From positions 1 to 12,928 of the forward strand of contig JBQLZK010000115.1 in the NCBI GenBank assembly GCA_052168235.1: a stretch of DNA of 12,928 bases, given 5' to 3'. A program made the translations under genes and the position numbers. The notes under the pieces are model-generated. The model ran no database searches, had not been told where the DNA came from, and was given only the letters and a program-made list of their open reading frames with translations. Below are positions 7,778 to 12,928 of the stretch, piece by piece (the first letter of the stretch is position 1; every line of letters begins with the position of its first letter). This DNA comes from Thainema sp. (GTDB taxonomy: Bacteria > Cyanobacteriota > Cyanobacteriia > Phormidesmidales > Phormidesmidaceae).

Positions 7778-9093
7778 GAGTTAAGGGAATGAAGATAGTG
7801 ACAAATGCGACGCGCAAACAAACTGTTGGCGCTACGGTTTCGAGCGCTGCGAGTTTCTCGATCTGCTTCATCCATGACGGCATCAATTTGGTCACTCAGC
7901 AGTTGCTCTAGCTGCTGATCGAGAGAACGAAGCTTATCGGCGGTCGCGTACTCTTCCGCTAGTTTGCGTATCTGGGCGAAGAGCGTTTGAATCCAGGTGT
8001 GGCGGATATCGGCGCGCAACTGCTTCATATTCATCGTCCGCGTCGCCTGCACCTGCGTTTCCCGATCTAGCATCGGTGCAATCGCACTCATCGAACACCC
8101 ATCACACTGAAATGCTTGCAAAGCTTTCAAGTAATTGGGATGTTTCGTTTGTCGCTGAGTTAAGACATGTGCGATCGCATTATCTAAACAGGCTAAAAAC
8201 TGATCTTGATAAAGCTCCAGAAACTTTTCTTGGGCAATTTCATCATCTGAGGGGACGGCAACAATGGGTTCAGGTAACTCTGGATCATCAAATGATTGAG
8301 TATTTCTTAGACCAGAGCGAGCGTAGATTCGGTATGACCGAAGTAAATTGGCTAGCTGCCGGAGCTGAGCGAGAACTAATCGAGGCGACCGATTGGGATT
8401 GATCTGCTTCAGTTGCGCCTCAGTTGGGGCTGAACACCGACTGCGATCGCCTGCCAGTCTCTGTTGAAAGCGAGCCTGACGATAAACCTGATGATAATGC
8501 TCTAGTAGCTGTTGAGCCTGCTCAATTTCATACTTAGATTGCTGATGAAAATCGCGCAGAATGCGCTCCACTTGCTCAACGGTCGTATCATTCAAGATCG
8601 CCCAATCACTGACTTGGTAAAGGCCATAATCCTTCAGCAACACTTGATTGAGTTCAGCATGATGTTGGGTCAGCCGACTGGCCCACGTCGATAAATTCGC
8701 TTGAGTTGGATCAAAGCTCTGTAAAATCTCAATCGCCACGGGCTGATATTGCCCTAGCGGTTGACCATCATCCGTCAGCACCAGCGGTAACAGATCTTCA
8801 ACGGTAAAACCATGCTTTTCACCAAAGCGACTGGCAATTTTCTGACAGGTCGTCTGAATCTGATGCGAAACGAAACAGCGTAAACACAGTAATGCTATAT
8901 CAGCCTGTTCGCCGTTTTCCCGCCAATATTCCACCAGTTGAGTTTGAATGATTCGGTCTGAAAGTTCTGTTGTTGATTCGGGGGATTGAATGTGTGATTG
9001 AAACCAGGCTTGAGCGGCTGGCTGTTCATCAAAGCGGCAGCGACCCTGATTATCGAGTCGTACCAGATACCAGTAGCGAGACGTTGCATTCAT
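7774..9093 (-). CDS. Divergent sigma70-like (HetZ-related type) HTH regulatory protein
   Basis: 439 aa. ILQSFDPTQANLSTWASR resembles sigma region 2 (FDP...FSTW/YA). YLKALQAFQCDGCSMSAIAPMLDRETQVQATR resembles a region-4 HTH. Lies directly upstream of DUF1822, a common pairing in cyanobacteria. The CDS is solid; the sigma call is inference. Confidence 0.6.
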   Translation of the reverse strand: MNATSRYWYLVRLDNQGRCRFDEQPAAQAWFQSHIQSPESTTELSDRIIQTQLVEYWRENGEQADIALLCLRCFVSHQIQTTCQKIASRFGEKHGFTVEDLLPLVLTDDGQPLGQYQPVAIEILQSFDPTQANLSTWASRLTQHHAELNQVLLKDYGLYQVSDWAILNDTTVEQVERILRDFHQQSKYEIEQAQQLLEHYHQVYRQARFQQRLAGDRSRCSAPTEAQLKQINPNRSPRLVLAQLRQLANLLRSYRIYARSGLRNTQSFDDPELPEPIVAVPSDDEIAQEKFLELYQDQFLACLDNAIAHVLTQRQTKHPNYLKALQAFQCDGCSMSAIAPMLDRETQVQATRTMNMKQLRADIRHTWIQTLFAQIRKLAEEYATADKLRSLDQQLEQLLSDQIDAVMDEADRETRSARNRSANSLFARRICHYLHSLNS

Positions 9094-9223
9094 TCTGCTC
9101 CAGACAATAACACTTGAAGTTGGGCTGCAACTGTTTATATCTAAGATGCAGGAACTTATTCACGCAGTCGAACGTCCTGCTGATTTTTTCATGCAAGATC
9201 GCACCACAGCAAATCCGATTTTA

Positions 9224-9325
9224 CTCACATCTTGCACCTTGCACTTTGAGAACCCGAAGAGGTTGTTTTGCCGCCGCATCGTGGCGGCAAAACAACCTCT
9301 TCGGGTTTTGATGCCACGATGTGAG
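9224..9325. repeat. Long inverted repeat / MITE-like hairpin element
   Basis: Perfect 25-bp arms 9251-9275 (AACCCGAAGAGGTTGTTTTGCCGCC) and 9283-9307 around a 7-nt centre. Outer 8-bp inverted pair CTCACATC (9224-9231) / GATGTGAG (9318-9325). Confidence 0.85.
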
Positions 9326-9330
9326 CTTTA

Positions 9331-12300
9331 CTAGAAGGGACGCCAGTCCCCAGCTAGAATAAACGCGGCCCAATAATACGGGTGGCTGTATTCTTCACCC
9401 GATTCGATCATATGAAGCTGCACCGCGCGGAGGGCTTCACTACGCCCCATTCCAGTAGTGAGATTTTCGTAGTACTGCGCCATCAAACTTTGAGTACCAG
9501 AGTCGCTAACCTGCCATAGGCTCATCAGTTGCGATTCGGCTCCAGCGAGGGCAAACGCCCGCCGTAATCCATACACTCCTTCACCATTGGCGATATCACC
9601 TAGCCCGGTTTCACAAGCTGATAAAACTACCAGTTGTGTTCCAAACAAGTTCAAGTTTGCAGCTTCTAGCGCAGTTAACACTCCATCTTCACTACCGCTT
9701 TGACGAGAATTGAATCCAGCTAGCGCTAATCCTGATCGCAGCAGCGGATTTTCAATTAATCCTCTATCCGTCGAAGTTGCTCTAGGAGTAATACTGGCTG
9801 GATCAATGGGAAAGACGCTAGTGCTACGTATGTCGGAATCAGGCGCGGCTAAATCAGGCAAAAAGAAGCCGTGAGTAGCAATATGCAAGATTTGGGGAGA
9901 TTGAACTTGCTTCAGTGCGTTTTCGGTCGCTTCGGTCTCAGTAAGGATATCAGCATTAGGTAGTAGAGTTTGAATCGCTTCAGCTTCAGCAGCTGTACCG
10001 TGAAGCCTACCAAACTGGAGTTGTCCCAGATCCGCTGATCGGAGGTCACCTTCCACACTACGGCTCGGGGAAACCTGAGCAGTCTCATAATCAGGATCTG
10101 CTAAAATGACTGCCGGATTTTGGCTGGGTTCAACGACATCTAACTTCAACAGATCACGACCGGAGTTGAGATAGCTGAGCTGATATTGCTGCACCAGATA
10201 TTCCTCACCTGCTTCTGGCTGTAGAGCTTCAAAGGGTACTTGGTTAAGCTGGCTATCGGGGGAGATGAGTAAGTGATCAACGCCCTGAAGATATGGAGCT
10301 AAAGGCTCAAATATCAAGCTATAGAGAGTATCAGTGGTATTAGCAACTACATCTGGACGTACGACAGACATGACTGTGCCGGAGTTGCGTCGGAAAATAG
10401 CGCTTTGATCTTGTAGGAGGGAGATAAAGGTCTGCACCGCCGCATCGATTTCAGTTGCATTACCTAGATCGACGACTTCAATTTGCCCATTGGGAAAAAG
10501 AAGGTAGGCGGCATAGCGAGGCTCATCGAAGCGATTTGATCCTGCCGCTGTAACATCCTCCTGATTAATTTGCTCGTCCACTGGATTCTTAGGATCAAAA
10601 GACTGATAAAGCGCATACTCAATTAGTACGCCATCTTTTGGAATCTGGGCCTGAACCGCATTTATATTGACTGACTGGGAGTCAAGCGCTAGATCTGCGC
10701 TAAGCCGAGCCAAAACAGTCTCTAACTCGTTAACTTCACTCCTAAGTTGCGCTAATCGAGCTTGATATTCAGTAGCCGACAACCCAACTGTTTGTTGCGA
10801 GGTCAGACTGGCAATCTCACGCCTTGCTTGACTTAGTTGGTTGAGCAAATCAATGTCGTCAGGGGTAGCACGCTGCTGCAAAATTTCTTGTGCTCTAGTG
10901 CCAGCCTCTAGTACTCGCCCCTTCCGGCGCAATACAGTTGTTAAAGCTAACTGTTTGGCATCAGATAAGTTTGGGGCAGCATCTAAGTTGAAGGAGATGA
11001 CATAGTTTATTGTATCGGCAAGCTGGGCAACGTACGCAATTCGATCGCTCTCCCCTAAGTTTGCCAGACTAATATCTAAGTTTTTTTCTTCAATATCTAT
11101 GCCAGCGCGAAGAGCATCAAGTGCTTGAGTAAAATCATCCGTAATCCGGTACAACCCTGCTAGATTGTAATAAGTTGATACCCGACGAGAGTCTAGAGCG
11201 GGTTCATTATACACCTCGTAGATTGCTAGAGCCTCCCCATAAAAATCTTCGGCCTCTTTATAACGACCTTGAGCCTGATACAGGAGAGCTAGATTGTTCA
11301 GGCTAGTGGCAGTGCTGGGATTTTCAACTCCGTCAAACGCAAGGCTCCGACGAATTCCAAGTGCTTCCCTATATAGTTCTTCAGCTTCCTCATATTGGCC
11401 TTGACGATGATAAAAATTTGCTAAAACGTCTATATCAATGGCCAATTCGAATGGTTCATTATCTAGACGGGCAGTTTCAACTGCCTGAACTAATAAAGCC
11501 TCGGCATCAGCTTGACGACTAGAATCTGTTAAAGAGTTTCCAGCACTCGTATTTGATCCCTGCGCTTCGTATACATGCGCTAATTGTGTTTGTATCACTG
11601 GAATCATGTCTTCACGTCCGCCCGCGTCTTCTAACAGAATATCCAGAGCTTGTTGATAAAAAAACTCAGATCGCTCAAATTGTTCACGAGCAGTCGTATT
11701 AAGTCCTAACTGATAAAAAATTATGGCTCGTTCCGCAGAATATGATCCAGGCAAAGCATTATAAATATCTAATGCTTCAAGATAGAGGCGCTCTGCATCG
11801 TCATAGCGTCCTTGCCCCCCGTACGATACCGCTAGGGTAGTTATGTACTCTGCTATATCAGGATGGTTATTTCCCAACCGCTGTCTAGCCGCAGTGATTT
11901 CATCCTCTAATACAGAAATTACTGCTATTCGAGTCTCTTGCAAACTCGTTTGATCAGTATTAGGTTGAAAGTTGAGATCGTAATATTTATTTTCTTCGAG
12001 CTGTATGTCCAAATCTTGAGTGGATTCCCAGGAAATAGTATAGCTTCCAGTCGTATTTTCACCGTAGGAAGTGACTAAAATCTGGTATGAGCCACTGCCA
12101 GGTAGAGCCAGCGAGACCTGGGAAGAGAATGGGTCATCGCCAGTTTCTCCTGTTGACCAAATGCTTTCCTCCGACCCTAGTGGCCCTATTAGAGCTAAGA
12201 AGGGCCAAAAATCTTCACTGGTTAAACTAATTTGAATTGATTCTCCAGCAGTTCCTTCAAAAGTATGGATATTTTGATATCGCTCACCAAAGGTTTCGCT

Positions 12301-12453
12301 GTTCTCATCAAGCTGACCCATGACTGAACCAGTCACACTTTGAGCAACCAGGATAGGCGACGCAGCAACAGTTTGGGTGATTGAAAAACCTAGACTACTT
12401 GCCAGAAATACTGTAGCAATGAAATTGCTGGTGAAACTAAACTTCGATGCCAT
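9331..12453 (-). CDS. Exported PPC-TPR-CHAT domain caspase-like protease
   Basis: Signal peptide ending ...ILVAQ; PPC-like beta domain (HTFEGTAGESIQISLTS...LPGSGSYQILVTSY); kinesin-light-chain-type TPRs (ATSLNNLALLYQAQGRYKEAE); coiled linker after LRRKGRVLE; CHAT motifs LLISPDSQLNQVPFEAL, ILHIATHGFF (His), ENPLLRSGLALAG, LVVLSACETGLG (Cys), MSLWQVSD and HPYYWAAF. Confidence 0.93.
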   Translation of the reverse strand: MASKFSFTSNFIATVFLASSLGFSITQTVAASPILVAQSVTGSVMGQLDENSETFGERYQNIHTFEGTAGESIQISLTSEDFWPFLALIGPLGSEESIWSTGETGDDPFSSQVSLALPGSGSYQILVTSYGENTTGSYTISWESTQDLDIQLEENKYYDLNFQPNTDQTSLQETRIAVISVLEDEITAARQRLGNNHPDIAEYITTLAVSYGGQGRYDDAERLYLEALDIYNALPGSYSAERAIIFYQLGLNTTAREQFERSEFFYQQALDILLEDAGGREDMIPVIQTQLAHVYEAQGSNTSAGNSLTDSSRQADAEALLVQAVETARLDNEPFELAIDIDVLANFYHRQGQYEEAEELYREALGIRRSLAFDGVENPSTATSLNNLALLYQAQGRYKEAEDFYGEALAIYEVYNEPALDSRRVSTYYNLAGLYRITDDFTQALDALRAGIDIEEKNLDISLANLGESDRIAYVAQLADTINYVISFNLDAAPNLSDAKQLALTTVLRRKGRVLEAGTRAQEILQQRATPDDIDLLNQLSQARREIASLTSQQTVGLSATEYQARLAQLRSEVNELETVLARLSADLALDSQSVNINAVQAQIPKDGVLIEYALYQSFDPKNPVDEQINQEDVTAAGSNRFDEPRYAAYLLFPNGQIEVVDLGNATEIDAAVQTFISLLQDQSAIFRRNSGTVMSVVRPDVVANTTDTLYSLIFEPLAPYLQGVDHLLISPDSQLNQVPFEALQPEAGEEYLVQQYQLSYLNSGRDLLKLDVVEPSQNPAVILADPDYETAQVSPSRSVEGDLRSADLGQLQFGRLHGTAAEAEAIQTLLPNADILTETEATENALKQVQSPQILHIATHGFFLPDLAAPDSDIRSTSVFPIDPASITPRATSTDRGLIENPLLRSGLALAGFNSRQSGSEDGVLTALEAANLNLFGTQLVVLSACETGLGDIANGEGVYGLRRAFALAGAESQLMSLWQVSDSGTQSLMAQYYENLTTGMGRSEALRAVQLHMIESGEEYSHPYYWAAFILAGDWRPF

Positions 12454-12619
12454 TATTCATGTCCTTTGATATACCTGTTGAAGTCTATCTCTAGCCGGCC
12501 TCAACTTATACAACCATTTATCTAGCTAGCACGGCATCAGGAATTAGCTACATTTTCTTAAGCTCGACTTTATCCATTTAGGTGGTATAGCACAGCAAGT
12601 TTGACCAGTAGTCGAAATA

Positions 12620-12869
12620 ACCTGAGTTCGGGATAAGAAAGGGAGGGCTCAGATAAGCTGAAATGAACCAACCCGTTCAGCGGAGCTCTCCTATGACTAG
12701 TCTAGAAGAGCTGTTTTGCCACCATATCGACGACTTTTGCCAACACTTTGAAGCGCAATGGCGCAGAACCCTAATTGAACAAGGAATCCGGCGACGCGAA
12801 CGCCAACGGAGCTTGAGTTTAAGTGAAATCATGACGCTGTTGCTAGCCTTTCATCAACAGCATTATCGG
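12620..12869 (+). mobile_element. IS982-family element, left end
   Basis: ACCTGAGTTCGGGATAAG at 12620 resembles IS982-type terminal IRs as I recall them from cyanobacteria. It is followed 73 nt later by an IS982-like transposase start. Confidence 0.78.
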
Positions 12870-12928
12870 CAACAGTCCGGACAGTTTTTGGGAGAGTGCG
12901 AAGAAAGCTATCCACCGTGTAGAGTGCG
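12693..12928 (+). pseudogene. IS982-family transposase N-terminal fragment, apparently interrupted at ~12870
   Basis: Hand translation from ATG 12693: MTSLEELFCHHIDDFCQHFEAQWRRTLIEQGIRRRERQRSLSLSEIMTLLLAFHQQHYR, matching IS982 N-termini (LFCxxDDF, LSLSEIMT, FH..YR). The expected xFK continuation is replaced by QQSGQFLGECEESYPPCRV. Not listed in the ORF track because it runs off the window. Confidence 0.8.

Larger units (their letters stand above)
208..8450. repeat. HIP1 octamers (GCGATCGC), dispersed
   Basis: Found by eye at 208, 2951, 4261, 4959, 5370, 6210, 8171 and 8443. HIP1 over-representation is a cyanobacterial hallmark. Confidence 0.85.

Noticed and set aside
9251..9310. Rho-independent terminator of the CHAT gene
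   Set aside because: No U-tract follows the stem on the minus (coding) strand and the stem is atypically long. The short T-run is on the plus strand, where no gene ends.
727..9334. Short ORFs in the track (60-128 aa, e.g. 727-927, 3364-3603, 4062-4448, 5191-5517, 6052-6363, 8076-8402, 9114-9311, 9146-9334)
   Set aside because: They are antisense or off-frame shadows of long motif-bearing genes, or run through the hairpin element, and show no recognisable motifs.
7774..12453. Assigning gene symbols hetZ, patU or hetF
   Set aside because: Only family-level resemblance (sigma-like HTH, CHAT). Orthology cannot be shown from the sequence alone.
1..12928. Composite transposon carrying the whole cluster
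   Set aside because: The flanking elements belong to different families (IS256 and IS982) and the left one disrupts a cluster gene, so they look like independent insertions.

Overview
Cyanobacterial DNA (eight HIP1 GCGATCGC sites found by eye) carrying six co-oriented minus-strand genes between two insertion sequences. In transcription order: (1) a 1040-aa signal-peptide/PPC/TPR/CHAT caspase-like protease; (2) a 439-aa divergent sigma70-like HTH protein; (3) a DUF1822-like protein; (4) an 809-aa membrane protein fusing an N-terminal CHAT protease (His/Cys dyad intact) to a CHASE2 sensor and TM helices; (5) an exported DUF928-like protein; (6) a long exported TPR protein cut off by an IS256-family insertion, probably before its CHAT domain. 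The right end holds the 5' part of an IS982-family element that appears itself to be interrupted. Intergenic spaces hold GTAG-type REP doublets, whose GTAG supplies the stop codon of two genes, and a perfect 25-bp hairpin with an alternative fold. Most interesting reading (inference): a CRISPR-independent, trans-envelope caspase-like proteolytic signalling module ending in a sigma/anti-sigma-like pair. All family calls are from motif recognition, not database searches.
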